From Enterobacter phage EC-F2: a stretch of 64,000 bases of DNA. The stretch lies in the sequence record MN508624.2; one strand, 5' to 3'. Below the pieces are notes generated by a model, which saw only the letters and a program-made list of their open reading frames with translations, did not search any database and was not told the DNA's origin. Below are positions 45,633 through 55,349 of the stretch, piece by piece. Position 1 is the stretch's first letter. The number at the start of each line of letters is the position of its first letter. Both the position numbers and the translations under genes were made by a program.

Positions 45633-46003
45633 AAAATGAACCAAGTAAGACTGTGCGCCTTATCCGTTGGGAAGGACAAGAAATCCGTTATGAAGATCAG
45701 GATCGTGAATTCGTCCATGAAATGCTTGCGCATAATCTGGGATTCAAAAACGCCGCACTGGTGATGATGCAGCAAACCAGTGATGAAGACACCTGGCAAT
45801 GCGTCATTCTCGATCTGGACAAAAACAAGGATTACACCGAAGATGAACTGTTTGCGCTCACAGAGAACGCTACAGCGCGTCAGAAGTGCTTCATGATTGA
45901 TATGCCTCGCGAGAACTACGAGAATATCAAGAAAGCCCGTAAACAGAACAAGAACAACGTGTTCGACCTGTTCATGGGCTATCATGAAGAAACTACGGCC
46001 TAA
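45629..46003 (+). CDS. hypothetical protein (124 aa)
   Basis: Operon ORF converging on gp27. Confidence 0.4.
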   Translation: MKNEPSKTVRLIRWEGQEIRYEDQDREFVHEMLAHNLGFKNAALVMMQQTSDEDTWQCVILDLDKNKDYTEDELFALTENATARQKCFMIDMPRENYENIKKARKQNKNNVFDLFMGYHEETTA

Positions 46004-47103
46004 GCCTCACTGGTTTTGCTGGTGTCGTTAGTAGCCGCTGCCACCTGTACACATTCTAATGTTTGCAGGTGGAAATCTTTTGATACGTCGCGGATACATT
46101 CAACGATCAGATACTTCCCTGAATATTCATCCCCTAACACCTCAATCAATGCCCCCACTTTAACATCCATTCGACCCTGATTGATATCAAACCGAATACG
46201 TTTTTCATAACTGGATAACGTCCGACACTTCACAGCCTGGAACGGTTGACCCTGTTTGTCTGGGTTCTGGAAGTTGTTCTCATATACCGCGTTCCTGTTC
46301 ATGGTGATCCATGCGTTTTCAATATCGGTACTCGCAAGGATATCACTGTACAGTTTTTTATCCGTCATCGAGAAACTAAAGAAACTTGCATCCCCTAACA
46401 GGGTAGTGTTATCCTTATGGGTAATGTATTCTGCTTTAGTGAATACCAAAGCGTCACCTAAAAACGGGTTACTTACGTTGAACTTGTAAGCCTTTAACGG
46501 GGTTTGTGCGAGGATCTCCGTATTGCTTTTCATAAAGATACCGGAACCATCTTCCCACAGATAACAGAAGTCAGACGAATCTACGCTCTGCCCGTTGTCA
46601 CGGATGTAATCAAACATGGTTTCATACGTCCCGCTCAGGCAAGCCGGAGGAATACGCACGTTTGATGCGTCGATAGGCGGCGTGATCAACTTCATATCAT
46701 TATACAGTGCCGTCATGCACTCTGTAATCGTCTGTACGGCGTTGTTACTGAACGAACGGGAAAACTTACGACGAAACACCGTATGCACCGGAGAAAGGTT
46801 TAGGCGCAGTATAGAGCGGTTCATATCATCGGTTTCGACGTTTGAATACAGAACACCGTAGTAATGCTGTTCTAACGTCTGGTTATACTGGAACGACACC
46901 TGGATAATCGGTTTCTCTGTCAACTGATAAATTAACTGGTTATCGTAGATCTGCATCAACGTTTCAGAAGTACCGTTGATGATGGTCTTCTCGCTCATTG
47001 AGACAAGGGCAGGTAACAATTCAAGATAGACGTTATCAGCGAACTTTTCATATGTTGGATATAATTTAACCGACACGACGCGGTTTATAACTTTACTGGA
47101 CAT
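46000..47103 (-). CDS. 27: baseplate hub subunit gp27-like
   Basis: Patchy similarity to T4 gp27 as recalled (FCYLWEDGSGIFMK versus FVFVWQDIMGVNMM; MKLITPPIDASNVRIPP versus TLLTPAINAINAYVPD); 367 aa versus 391 aa; adjacent to the 28-29-48-54 block. Confidence 0.55.
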   Translation of the reverse strand: MSSKVINRVVSVKLYPTYEKFADNVYLELLPALVSMSEKTIINGTSETLMQIYDNQLIYQLTEKPIIQVSFQYNQTLEQHYYGVLYSNVETDDMNRSILRLNLSPVHTVFRRKFSRSFSNNAVQTITECMTALYNDMKLITPPIDASNVRIPPACLSGTYETMFDYIRDNGQSVDSSDFCYLWEDGSGIFMKSNTEILAQTPLKAYKFNVSNPFLGDALVFTKAEYITHKDNTTLLGDASFFSFSMTDKKLYSDILASTDIENAWITMNRNAVYENNFQNPDKQGQPFQAVKCRTLSSYEKRIRFDINQGRMDVKVGALIEVLGDEYSGKYLIVECIRDVSKDFHLQTLECVQVAAATNDTSKTSEA

Positions 47104-47165
47104 TAGACATCCTCCCTTTATATTCTATTTACTAAATAGTAAATATCGGGATACTTGAGGCGATC

Positions 47166-47744
47166 ATGAAAGAGAAGAAAAACACACTTGATAAATTTAT
47201 GGTTACGCGTTTAAACATCAAGAACAGCAAAAATAAAGTAGTCACGTTGCCTACTGGTGAACAGGTTACGATCCCCCGTCTGGGCTATCGTCATTTCACC
47301 CAGATTAAAGCAATGAAAGACCCAATGCAGTTGCTTGAGTATATCATCAAAGAGATTCAACCGCGCGAATTAACCGCAGCAGAAACCGAATTCCTTTTGA
47401 TTCACCTGCATTATCATAATGACGATAAGGCAATGGCGATACTGAAAGAGATCGGTATTAATCTGGATGATATGAAAATCAGCGAAGCTAAGTATGAACA
47501 TACTTTTGATAACCTTCGATTGGTATTCAACAAACCGACCCTAATGCTGGATGATCTGGCATTACTGCTTAAAGAAGCGTATGACAACGGAAAGCAGATC
47601 GAACTGACGGACGAAAACCGTATTCAATTAATTAACTGCCTGTATCGTTATGAATATGACGATGTAAAACGTGGCGTACTCCAGGAAGTCTATATTGTGC
47701 ATGAGGGGAAAACCATTAAAGGGCTTAACATCATCGGTGAATGA
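47166..47744 (+). CDS. baseplate hub protein, gp28-like (tentative)
   Basis: 192 aa versus T4 gp28 177 aa; position immediately upstream of the gp29-like gene. Confidence 0.35.
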   Translation: MKEKKNTLDKFMVTRLNIKNSKNKVVTLPTGEQVTIPRLGYRHFTQIKAMKDPMQLLEYIIKEIQPRELTAAETEFLLIHLHYHNDDKAMAILKEIGINLDDMKISEAKYEHTFDNLRLVFNKPTLMLDDLALLLKEAYDNGKQIELTDENRIQLINCLYRYEYDDVKRGVLQEVYIVHEGKTIKGLNIIGE

Positions 47745-49495
47745 TAATGGCTAGCAATCCATATTTTAACGAAGAACAACGTCGCCGGATGCAAAATCCA
47801 CCAAAACCACAGGCGCAACCAACTGTTCGGAAGATCCAGGCAACGTTAGATAAAGATTCGATGCGCGAGTTAAAGGATATCAATGATAACACCCTTGAAA
47901 CCGCGCTGAATACTCTGGACATCAAAGACAGTGTGAAATCCTTTGAGGATCGTTTCAAAGAGAAATTCGCTGGCTTCCAAGAACAATACGAACAGGATCA
48001 GCAACCACTTGCTGAACAGTTGCCCGATTTTGTTGGTCCATCGCGTCCACCATCACTGACAGACAACAGCACGAACAGTGTTGATAACTCCGTCAGTGTA
48101 TCGAACCAACACAACCCTTTCAGCAAGATCGAAACATACACCGGAACGATTGCGGAAGCAATCACCAAGTTCCTCGAACTCGCTGAGAAGAAACCGGAAC
48201 CGCCACCTGAACCTGAACCAGTACCGGAAGAGGAACCGGAGGTCGATCGGGACAACAAGAAGATCCGTGATAAGGATAAAGACGAGAAGAAATTCAGTAA
48301 GAAAGTATTGGCCTTACTGGGTTCAATCAAGGATAATACATCCGGTCTTCTGGCTCGCTTTATCGGGTATTCTCTCGAAGCGATAGCGAAGTTTGCCAAG
48401 TGGACTTTGATTATCGGTAGTATCGTGTTTGCTATTGAAGTTTTAGGTAAAGTCATCGCTTCATGGTTTAATGATTTGCTTAATGATGGAGAAGCATCCA
48501 AAAAGTTGTTTGGATCATATTTCAACAATATAAAAGCGTTAGCGAAAAGTATAGATGACGGATTAGATAAATTAGGTGATAAAGATGCAACATTAGCAGA
48601 AAAATTAAAAGCTCTGTTAGTAGAACCGTTTAAGATTCTGGGCAATACCATTAAAACCGCAATCACGGAAGGTATCGGTAATCTAATCTATGCTCTGGGC
48701 GAATATACCGGATCAGAAACGATTACTAACGCCGGACGCGGAATGAAAGTATCAGCACTGCGCGACAAACAAAAATACGGTCTTGACATTGATCCCGATG
48801 ACCTGATTCTGCTGAAACAACAGGAGATCCAGGATCAGAATGATAAAGTGGTTGAGGCACGTTCTAAGGTTGTCGAACAGGTTAAGGCTACTCAAGGTAC
48901 ATTCTCATATGGTTTCGGGCAACAGACGGACGCACAGAAAGCGCTATCTAAGCAATTGGAACAGATGCGCGATCGTGTGGCTATTGAAGAAAAGATCACC
49001 GAAGAGAAGAAGAAAGAACTGAAAGCATTGCAGGAAAACCCCAAACTGTTACAGGCTGAGGTTGATAAAGAGAATGCCGCTAACCGTAAGCGCGTGAACG
49101 AAACCAAACAGACCGAAACCGAGCAAGCGAAAGCGAAACCTAAAGCGGATAGTGAATTTGATCAGGGCGATGAAATTCTGAACAAAGACAATCTGACGGG
49201 CAACGATAAAAAGGTAATGGAAAAACTCATAGAATCGCTTGAAGAGAAAAACAATTCGAACAAGCTGAATGAGGACGACAAAGACCGCTATCGTGATATG
49301 ATCTCCCGCTGGCAGGAAAAGATCACCGCAGTACCGGAAACGAGTGCAAGTATTGACAAGCAACCGGAAGCAGCGAAAGCCCCTGTTCAGCCTACAACGC
49401 CTAACAGTGTTCAGGTCAATAACAAAACAGTAAACAACACGGTTCAGCATTCAGTACAACGAACTGACCGTAAACCATTGATTGCATTAGCTTAA
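47741..49495 (+). CDS. 29: baseplate hub / tail-length tape-measure protein gp29-like
   Basis: 584 aa versus T4 gp29 590 aa; Pro/Glu-rich linker plus a hydrophobic helix; upstream of 48 and 54. Confidence 0.5.
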   Translation: MIMASNPYFNEEQRRRMQNPPKPQAQPTVRKIQATLDKDSMRELKDINDNTLETALNTLDIKDSVKSFEDRFKEKFAGFQEQYEQDQQPLAEQLPDFVGPSRPPSLTDNSTNSVDNSVSVSNQHNPFSKIETYTGTIAEAITKFLELAEKKPEPPPEPEPVPEEEPEVDRDNKKIRDKDKDEKKFSKKVLALLGSIKDNTSGLLARFIGYSLEAIAKFAKWTLIIGSIVFAIEVLGKVIASWFNDLLNDGEASKKLFGSYFNNIKALAKSIDDGLDKLGDKDATLAEKLKALLVEPFKILGNTIKTAITEGIGNLIYALGEYTGSETITNAGRGMKVSALRDKQKYGLDIDPDDLILLKQQEIQDQNDKVVEARSKVVEQVKATQGTFSYGFGQQTDAQKALSKQLEQMRDRVAIEEKITEEKKKELKALQENPKLLQAEVDKENAANRKRVNETKQTETEQAKAKPKADSEFDQGDEILNKDNLTGNDKKVMEKLIESLEEKNNSNKLNEDDKDRYRDMISRWQEKITAVPETSASIDKQPEAAKAPVQPTTPNSVQVNNKTVNNTVQHSVQRTDRKPLIALA

Positions 49496-49506
49496 AGGAA
49501 ATTTAA

Positions 49507-50601
49507 ATGAAAATTACAGTATTGCAAGACACTGTACAATCATTTGCAGAAATCAAAAATGCTGGCATCCCCTCTGGGGGTGCTGCAACAACTAAAAACG
49601 CGTTGACTCAACCGATCGTAACAGCGGAATTTCCTTCCCAACGTGCAGCAGGTATTGATAACGCTTATAATGCATCAAGCCTGTATAATAACGGCTTGCT
49701 GTTCACTGCATATGAATTCACGGGCGGACTTGCGCCAGGTAGCAAAGACAACTACCGCTCATTACGTCAGGCAGCACAGAATGCGCAACAGATCCTGAGC
49801 GCGAATACAGGCAACGTTCGATATAAACAAGTTTTGAATAGCCGTACTATTGGTACGCTCAACCCCATTTGTCAAATACTTTTACCGCGAAGCCTGAACG
49901 ATAACGAGGTTAACAGCCACCGTTACCAAGATGCAACCGATAGTATTGTTGCTAAAGGACCGTCAAGAGTTGTGTCTAACGTTATCTGGGGCGCTATTGA
50001 GTCTGCTAGTGGTGGTATTTTGGCAGACCGTAGAGAAGCAGTTGATGTTGGTACGAAAGCAGCGTTTCAAGGCTCTGATAAGCGCACAAAGATGTATTAC
50101 AATACATTCGTTATCGAAAGTCGTTATGACCTGTTGGAACTTATTAAAATCTATTATCTGTTCACGGTGCTGGGTTATGGTACGACATCAGGAGGAACTG
50201 CCGCCGAAATAGCAGAATTAGCTAAACAAACAATTAATACATCATCAACAGCAGGGGCAAAACTTATTAATAATGCAATTGCAGGAAATGGCCCTACACC
50301 TACTGTATCTAATGGTTCGATTATAAGCGATCAGGCGGTGGATTTTGTTACTAATATAGAAGTTATTAAATCGCCTCCAGTGTGGTTTATTCGTGACTTC
50401 CAGACAGGTGACAGTTTGCGGTTCCCTCATTCCACGTTCGGGCCAGCAGGTATTACCAGCGTTCGTTTCGGGCGTACAATGGACAACATTGTAAATACGT
50501 TAAGAGAATCACCGAACACCCCGATCGCAGTTGAAATCGAAATTCAGTTTATGGAACTGATCGATATGCGTCAGGATTCGATTTTTGATACGCAGTATTA
50601 A
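49507..50601 (+). CDS. 48: baseplate tail-tube cap gp48-like
   Basis: 364 aa, identical in length to T4 gp48; position between 29 and 54. Confidence 0.55.
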   Translation: MKITVLQDTVQSFAEIKNAGIPSGGAATTKNALTQPIVTAEFPSQRAAGIDNAYNASSLYNNGLLFTAYEFTGGLAPGSKDNYRSLRQAAQNAQQILSANTGNVRYKQVLNSRTIGTLNPICQILLPRSLNDNEVNSHRYQDATDSIVAKGPSRVVSNVIWGAIESASGGILADRREAVDVGTKAAFQGSDKRTKMYYNTFVIESRYDLLELIKIYYLFTVLGYGTTSGGTAAEIAELAKQTINTSSTAGAKLINNAIAGNGPTPTVSNGSIISDQAVDFVTNIEVIKSPPVWFIRDFQTGDSLRFPHSTFGPAGITSVRFGRTMDNIVNTLRESPNTPIAVEIEIQFMELIDMRQDSIFDTQY

Positions 50602-50610
50602 GGGGGAACA

Positions 50611-51474
50611 ATGTTCTATAGCGTAGATGAATTTTTGTCAGGAATGGCAAACCGAGACTTCCAGCGAAGCAACCTGTTTAGTGTTGTATTCGCAACCAGT
50701 CCAGCATCACGCATTCTCGACAGCACGATCGGGAGTATCCGCGATACTTTAATTGATGGTACTATGAGTTCCATTAACGCGAATAACCCGAACGAGTTCA
50801 TGAACGCTATTACAGGGGGCGTAAGCAAGCTATTCAGCTATACGGTTGATAAAGCTATTATGTCCCTGAACAAAACAGGTTTCAGTAAAATCATGGGGGC
50901 GTTAAGCCCTCGTTTAATTACTTCCCTGTTTGGTGATAGTGTTTACGGACAGATGCTAACAGAATTCCGTGACAAAATGATGTACAATATGGGGTTGAGC
51001 ATCGTTGGTGTTCAGTTGCCTGGTAAAACACTGGGTTATGAATACGTGTATAATGGCGGTGTACCCCAGATCCGATTCACCCGACCGGAGAATGGTGAAT
51101 TATCGCTAACGTTCCGTGTGGATTCAGAAGCGCGTAACCTGAAAGTATTCAACGAATGGTTATCAGCTATTCGTGATGATGTCTCAGGCCAGTTCGCATT
51201 CATTGATGAAGTATCAAGCGCGATCCAGGTAAACTTGCACAATCGCGATGGTGTCCCGCACAGCACGTATGTATTCCAGAAGTGTTTGCCTGTTAAAGTC
51301 AGCAACCCAGAACTGAGTTATGAAAGCAATAACGAAATCTGGACATTCACTGTTGACTTTGCATATAAAACAGGCTGGCTTGTTGAAGCAGATAAAGAAG
51401 GTTGGGACGGATTCAAACAATCACTTATCGAAGGTGCAGCAATTGCCGTTCGTGGTGTGGTTACAGGACAATAA
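50611..51474 (+). CDS. 54: baseplate tail-tube initiator gp54
   Basis: NRDFQRSNLFSVVFATSPAS...VQLPGKTLGYEY...LSYESNNEIWTFTVDFAYK is collinear with T4 gp54 (NADFQRNNMFSCVFATTPST...VKMPENRLSYETDW...LSYDGDNQITTFDVTFAYR). Confidence 0.8.
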   Translation: MFYSVDEFLSGMANRDFQRSNLFSVVFATSPASRILDSTIGSIRDTLIDGTMSSINANNPNEFMNAITGGVSKLFSYTVDKAIMSLNKTGFSKIMGALSPRLITSLFGDSVYGQMLTEFRDKMMYNMGLSIVGVQLPGKTLGYEYVYNGGVPQIRFTRPENGELSLTFRVDSEARNLKVFNEWLSAIRDDVSGQFAFIDEVSSAIQVNLHNRDGVPHSTYVFQKCLPVKVSNPELSYESNNEIWTFTVDFAYKTGWLVEADKEGWDGFKQSLIEGAAIAVRGVVTGQ

Positions 51475-51493
51475 GGGGCGAAAGCCCCTTTTG
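51474..51493 (+). terminator. rho-independent terminator (aggggcgaaagcccct)
   Basis: Hairpin plus TTTTG after gp54. Confidence 0.45.
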
Positions 51494-51501
51494 AGGTTAA
51501 A

Positions 51502-52245
51502 ATGATTGATATAATCCGCGTAAAACTCCCTGGTGGAGTGAAGCGATTCCCTATGTTTACCGTGCGCGATCAGTTGAGTTTCTTACTCACAAGCGCGGAC
51601 ATGGAAGGGAAGACGCTCACAGAACAGCAAGAAATGCTGGATGAAATTTTAGATATTCTGTATCCGGGTTATTCCCGCACCGAACAGGAAAACATTTTCA
51701 CTAAGGTGTATTGTGTATCGTTCGGTAAGAACGCAATCAAGATCCGAATCAAAGGCAGCAGCGGACAATCAGAAGCATTCATGCATGTAACTGATTACGT
51801 TTTGCAAAATGAATATGCCCTTGATGACTCGCTTACTCTGGGATTCAAATTCCCGAAACATCGTAACAACAGTGAACAATTATTCCTTGAATGTATCCAG
51901 TATGTCAAGCAGGACGGCGAAAGATACGAATGGAATGCATTAGACGAGGATACAAAGAACGCGATCCTGGATCTGGTGTCTATTGAAGATATGGAAAATA
52001 TCGTTAAACTGTTACGCAAGTCCTGTCATGTTACCGTGCGTGATATTGAGTTCAGCGACTTATTGACACTGTACAAAATCCTGTTCAACAAATCAGAACT
52101 GAATGAGTTCTTCAAAACCAACTATTTGTTAAATAAGAATACCGTACAGATTGAACCTATAATGAATGGAAGCCCGATGGAACGTTCAATTTACGTTGCA
52201 CTGCTGGCGGAAGACTTGAAACGAAAAGAGAATGCAAATGCGTAA
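51502..52245 (+). CDS. baseplate hub assembly protein, gp51-like (tentative)
   Basis: 247 aa versus T4 gp51 249 aa; position before gp26-like/gp25. Confidence 0.35.
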   Translation: MIDIIRVKLPGGVKRFPMFTVRDQLSFLLTSADMEGKTLTEQQEMLDEILDILYPGYSRTEQENIFTKVYCVSFGKNAIKIRIKGSSGQSEAFMHVTDYVLQNEYALDDSLTLGFKFPKHRNNSEQLFLECIQYVKQDGERYEWNALDEDTKNAILDLVSIEDMENIVKLLRKSCHVTVRDIEFSDLLTLYKILFNKSELNEFFKTNYLLNKNTVQIEPIMNGSPMERSIYVALLAEDLKRKENANA

Positions 52246-52795
52246 ACATACACCCCGACATATCCCAAAATATAATGTGACTTATCGCCCGTTAACCATT
52301 GGCGATCTTGATGACACGGATAACTTCATTATTGAAGGTGATGTGTTCAAGCATCAGCGCGATTATGTTTACATTATGGCTCTGTTCGACAGTATCAACA
52401 AAGAGACTGTAGATCTCCAAATCAAATGCCCTGAATGCGGGGAACTGATTAAGTTTGTGCTCAATCGTCATCATATCATGGTGGATGAATACGAAGAAAA
52501 GCTGTACGGCAATGAGATCAAGATTTCAGTCGAACCACACCGCACCGGAAAGGAAGAGTTACCCGAACTGATTAAGTTTGTAGTCATCGACGGTGAACAA
52601 ATCTTATGGGATGACTGTAAAGAGTCAGAGAAAGAAGCCGTTCTGGATAGTATCGACTATCCGGTCTTTAAATCAATAAATAGCGCTCTGGATAAGCCAG
52701 CAATCGTTGCAAACATTCCGGTAAGGTGTTCGTGTGGCTACGAGCATATCGTTGCACTGAGAGGCTTAGAGGCGTTTCTAAAGGTGGTTGGATAA
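52232..52795 (+). CDS. baseplate hub protein, gp26-like (tentative), with two CxxC pairs
   Basis: CPECG...CSCG zinc-ribbon-like pairs; 187 aa; precedes gp25. Confidence 0.35.
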   Translation: MQMRKHTPRHIPKYNVTYRPLTIGDLDDTDNFIIEGDVFKHQRDYVYIMALFDSINKETVDLQIKCPECGELIKFVLNRHHIMVDEYEEKLYGNEIKISVEPHRTGKEELPELIKFVVIDGEQILWDDCKESEKEAVLDSIDYPVFKSINSALDKPAIVANIPVRCSCGYEHIVALRGLEAFLKVVG

Positions 52796-53189
52796 AATGG
52801 GTGTTAACCTTCGCTTACTGTATAGCGATATCGATCCCAACTTAACAAAAGACTGGAACAATGACGTAGCCGCCTCGAAAGGGGCGGCAGCGGTAAAGAA
52901 TAGTCTGATCGGTATCGTAACAACACAAAAAGGCACACGGCCTTTCGATAGCAACTTTGGTTGTGAGATCGGGGAACAGATTTTCGAGAACATGAACCCG
53001 CTAACAGCGGAAGCAGTAAGGACTTCGATTGTCTCCGCGATCCGTGCATACGAACCCCGTGTTTACAATCTGGATGTTGAAGTGATTCCGCAGTATGACG
53101 AAAACGCAATCACCGTGACGATTTACTACAGCATCATTGATGAACCGGAAGAAGTAGAAAGAATCAAACTCCAGCTATCATCCTCATAA
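52788..53189 (+). CDS. 25: baseplate wedge protein gp25
   Basis: LLYSDIDPNLTKDWNNDVAASKG...IKNSLIGIVTTQKGTRPFDSNFGCEIGEQIFENMNPLTAEAV...IKLQLSSS is collinear with T4 gp25; 133 aa versus 132 aa. Confidence 0.85.
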   Translation: MDKMGVNLRLLYSDIDPNLTKDWNNDVAASKGAAAVKNSLIGIVTTQKGTRPFDSNFGCEIGEQIFENMNPLTAEAVRTSIVSAIRAYEPRVYNLDVEVIPQYDENAITVTIYYSIIDEPEEVERIKLQLSSS

Positions 53190-53216
53190 CAAAAAGCCCC
53201 GAAAGGGGCTTTTCTT
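53190..53216. terminator. bidirectional terminator (agccccgaaaggggct) between convergent gp25 and the minus-strand block
   Basis: Hairpin flanked by AAAAA on one side and TTTCTT on the other. Confidence 0.5.
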
Positions 53217-53712
53217 ATTCCATCACGATCCAGCCCATTAGCTGTTGATATCGCAATTCGAACGGGGTGATGAAAGAGCGGTTATTGATAACCTTCGTTC
53301 CGTTGTAGGACTTAATCACTTCCTCACCACGAAGCACATATTCGTATACTTCGTCCATCGTATCATAACGCACTTCTTCGACTTCGAAGCAGAAGTTGGA
53401 ATATTCAATCATCCCGATCTTGTTCGCGTAACGACGTTCGATACAGCCCTGTTTTTCAATCTGAGTGATCGCAGTATCAATGAACTGCGCAAGTGCTTGC
53501 ATGAAATTACCACATTCGACTTCACGGCCTCCGCTTGAGATAGCCAGGTAAACGCGGCTCAATCCATCATTGCCGATGTAACCGATACAGTCACCGCCAA
53601 TATAGACAGACCAGACTTTACCCATCGGCCCCATACCCATACGATTCTCACTACCAGAAACACCTTTCAGTAACAGTGCCATGATACCGCCGCGAACGTA
53701 ATTAATTTTCAT
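53215..53712 (-). CDS. hypothetical protein (165 aa, Gly-rich N-terminus)
   Basis: ORF convergent with gp25; no recognisable motif. Confidence 0.4.
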   Translation of the reverse strand: MKINYVRGGIMALLLKGVSGSENRMGMGPMGKVWSVYIGGDCIGYIGNDGLSRVYLAISSGGREVECGNFMQALAQFIDTAITQIEKQGCIERRYANKIGMIEYSNFCFEVEEVRYDTMDEVYEYVLRGEEVIKSYNGTKVINNRSFITPFELRYQQLMGWIVME

Positions 53713-53722
53713 GATAAGCCCC

Positions 53723-53953
53723 TTATTTTTTCAGGTTGATTAACCAAGATGGTTGGGTTTCTAAACTAACCGCTTTCCAAGCATATGCAACACTATAACC
53801 GGAATACGTCTGACATACAACAGCATTTTCATTTAAATATTTCACTTTGTGATCTGCCTCTTGTTCATCCAGGGCAGCACACACGATATTCTTTTCATAC
53901 ACTCCGCCGTTTGGCTGGATAATGGTTTCTTCAATCAGATAAACGCTGTTCAT
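53723..53953 (-). CDS. hypothetical protein (76 aa)
   Basis: Operon ORF. Confidence 0.35.
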   Translation of the reverse strand: MNSVYLIEETIIQPNGGVYEKNIVCAALDEQEADHKVKYLNENAVVCQTYSGYSVAYAWKAVSLETQPSWLINLKK

Positions 53954-54168
53954 GCTAATTCCTTCTCGATTGCTTCGATGATGTGGAGAACGTAACCGTT
54001 CAGTTCTTTTGCTTTATCAGCGGCTTCAACCATACCATAACGAGGAACTTCTAAAACGTTCGCACCTTCGAGCAGGTTGCTTTCGATGTCTACGATTACA
54101 TAGCTCTCACCGATTGCCGCGCCTTTTCTCCAGTCTTTTACGAACTTCATCATTTTAGCTTTCATGTT
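53950..54168 (-). CDS. hypothetical protein (about 72 aa, start at MKAKMMKF...)
   Basis: ATG preceded by the conserved leader (minus strand). Confidence 0.4.
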   Translation of the reverse strand, partial: NMKAKMMKFVKDWRKGAAIGESYVIVDIESNLLEGANVLEVPRYGMVEAADKAKELNGYVLHIIEAIEKELA

Positions 54169-54243
54169 CTCGTTCCTTTTGGCTGTTCCGTTTCGATATG
54201 TGTAATATAACAAAGCCCTCACGCGAACGCAAGGGCTTTTTTG
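54169..54243 (-). promoter_or_regulatory. PeSL-like cassette on the minus strand: terminator hairpin (agccctcacgcgaacgcaagggct) followed by TTATATT and the conserved leader
   Basis: Reverse complement reads aaaaaagcccttgcgttcgcgtgagggctttgTTATATTACACATATCGAAACGGAACAGCCAAAAGGAACgagaacATG. Confidence 0.55.
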
Positions 54244-54245
54244 GA

Positions 54246-54899
54246 TTAACTGAATTTATTATAGAGAGTAAAATTAATCCCTATAGAATTCAGTGCTTTA
54301 CATGTTGCATCAAGATCTGTTGGTTCGATTTCGATGATGTATTTCAACGCTGTGTTTACTGGAATGGTTTCTGGTTCTTCGAAAGATGCCAGGGTTGGTG
54401 CTTTCACCGTTTCTGGTTCAGCAAGCACGGTTTTCTTTACGTCAAACGCTTCTTTGAACTTGTTGATTCTTTTTAGCAGGTCATCAATCAATTCGATGTT
54501 AGCTCCGTCGAATTGTCTGGTTTGTTCCAGCATACTCGTAATCTTTCCGTATGTAGTGCGTCTGGTTTGTTCCGTGTAATTCCCGACTTCATAACGGTCG
54601 ATCCGGTCGATGATTGCCCGAATGTGTCCAAGATTAGCGCGATCGAAATACGCAATCAGCTTAGATTTTCTGAACACGAACATATATGGAGCATTACCGA
54701 CAATGTAATGAGTTGCCGTTAGACCAAAACTAGGATCGATCAGAATTTTAACCGTGTTGAAATACGGGATTAAATTTATTTCACGTTCAGGTAAACGGAA
54801 AACTTCATCTTTAAAGTTCTTCCCAATCCGGTCGATCTCTTCCAGAGTTTTACCCATCATCGACGAAATTATTTCAATTTTTTTAGATACATAAGCCAT
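54246..54899 (-). CDS. hypothetical protein (217 aa)
   Basis: ORF ending at the terminator. Confidence 0.45.
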   Translation of the reverse strand: MAYVSKKIEIISSMMGKTLEEIDRIGKNFKDEVFRLPEREINLIPYFNTVKILIDPSFGLTATHYIVGNAPYMFVFRKSKLIAYFDRANLGHIRAIIDRIDRYEVGNYTEQTRRTTYGKITSMLEQTRQFDGANIELIDDLLKRINKFKEAFDVKKTVLAEPETVKAPTLASFEEPETIPVNTALKYIIEIEPTDLDATCKALNSIGINFTLYNKFS

Positions 54900-54917
54900 T
54901 TTTCAATTCTCATTTAA

Positions 54918-55208
54918 TTAATGCATAAAAGATTTGACGTACTTCACGATTTCTTCACGACACATATCGACCGGAGTATCCTCAGCAATAGCAGCATGAC
55001 AGAAGATTTCACCATCCAGCCAGAACGATAGCATGTACTGAATATCCCGACCTTCGTTTTCTTTCTGGTGTTTCTTGATGCGATCAAATGCATCATCCAT
55101 GCTTTCGGTAGCTGTAAGCATTTCAGATTCACCCGCTACAGCAGCCATTTCCCCAGCTTCATCACTGAATTCGCTTTCCAGTTCTTCCCAGTATACTATC
55201 GTTATCAT
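54918..55208 (-). CDS. hypothetical acidic protein (96 aa)
   Basis: Operon ORF. Confidence 0.4.
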   Translation of the reverse strand: MITIVYWEELESEFSDEAGEMAAVAGESEMLTATESMDDAFDRIKKHQKENEGRDIQYMLSFWLDGEIFCHAAIAEDTPVDMCREEIVKYVKSFMH

Positions 55209-55212
55209 GGAT

Positions 55213-55349
55213 TACCCCAAACAGATTTTACATTTACAGAGAGGACATTCCGCCTCTTTAACGCGCAAGCGCTTTGTTGCTGTTCGCTTCGCTGTGTTGT
55301 GATCATACACATGCAAACAGCGATAACAGATCACCAATCGTTTAGCCGT
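55213..55349 (-). CDS. possible small zinc-ribbon protein (about 45 aa; not in the ORF table)
   Basis: Minus-strand ATG overlapping the stop of the upstream gene (tATGACGGCTAA); translation MTAKRLVICYRCLHVYDHNTAKRTATKRLRVKEAECPLCKCKICLG has CxxC...CxxCxC. Confidence 0.25.

Noticed and set aside
53215-54899. UvsY/UvsW in the region after gp25 (expected from T4 synteny)
   Set aside because: None of the minus-strand ORFs resembles T4 UvsY or carries helicase Walker motifs. This region appears replaced by accessory genes in this phage.
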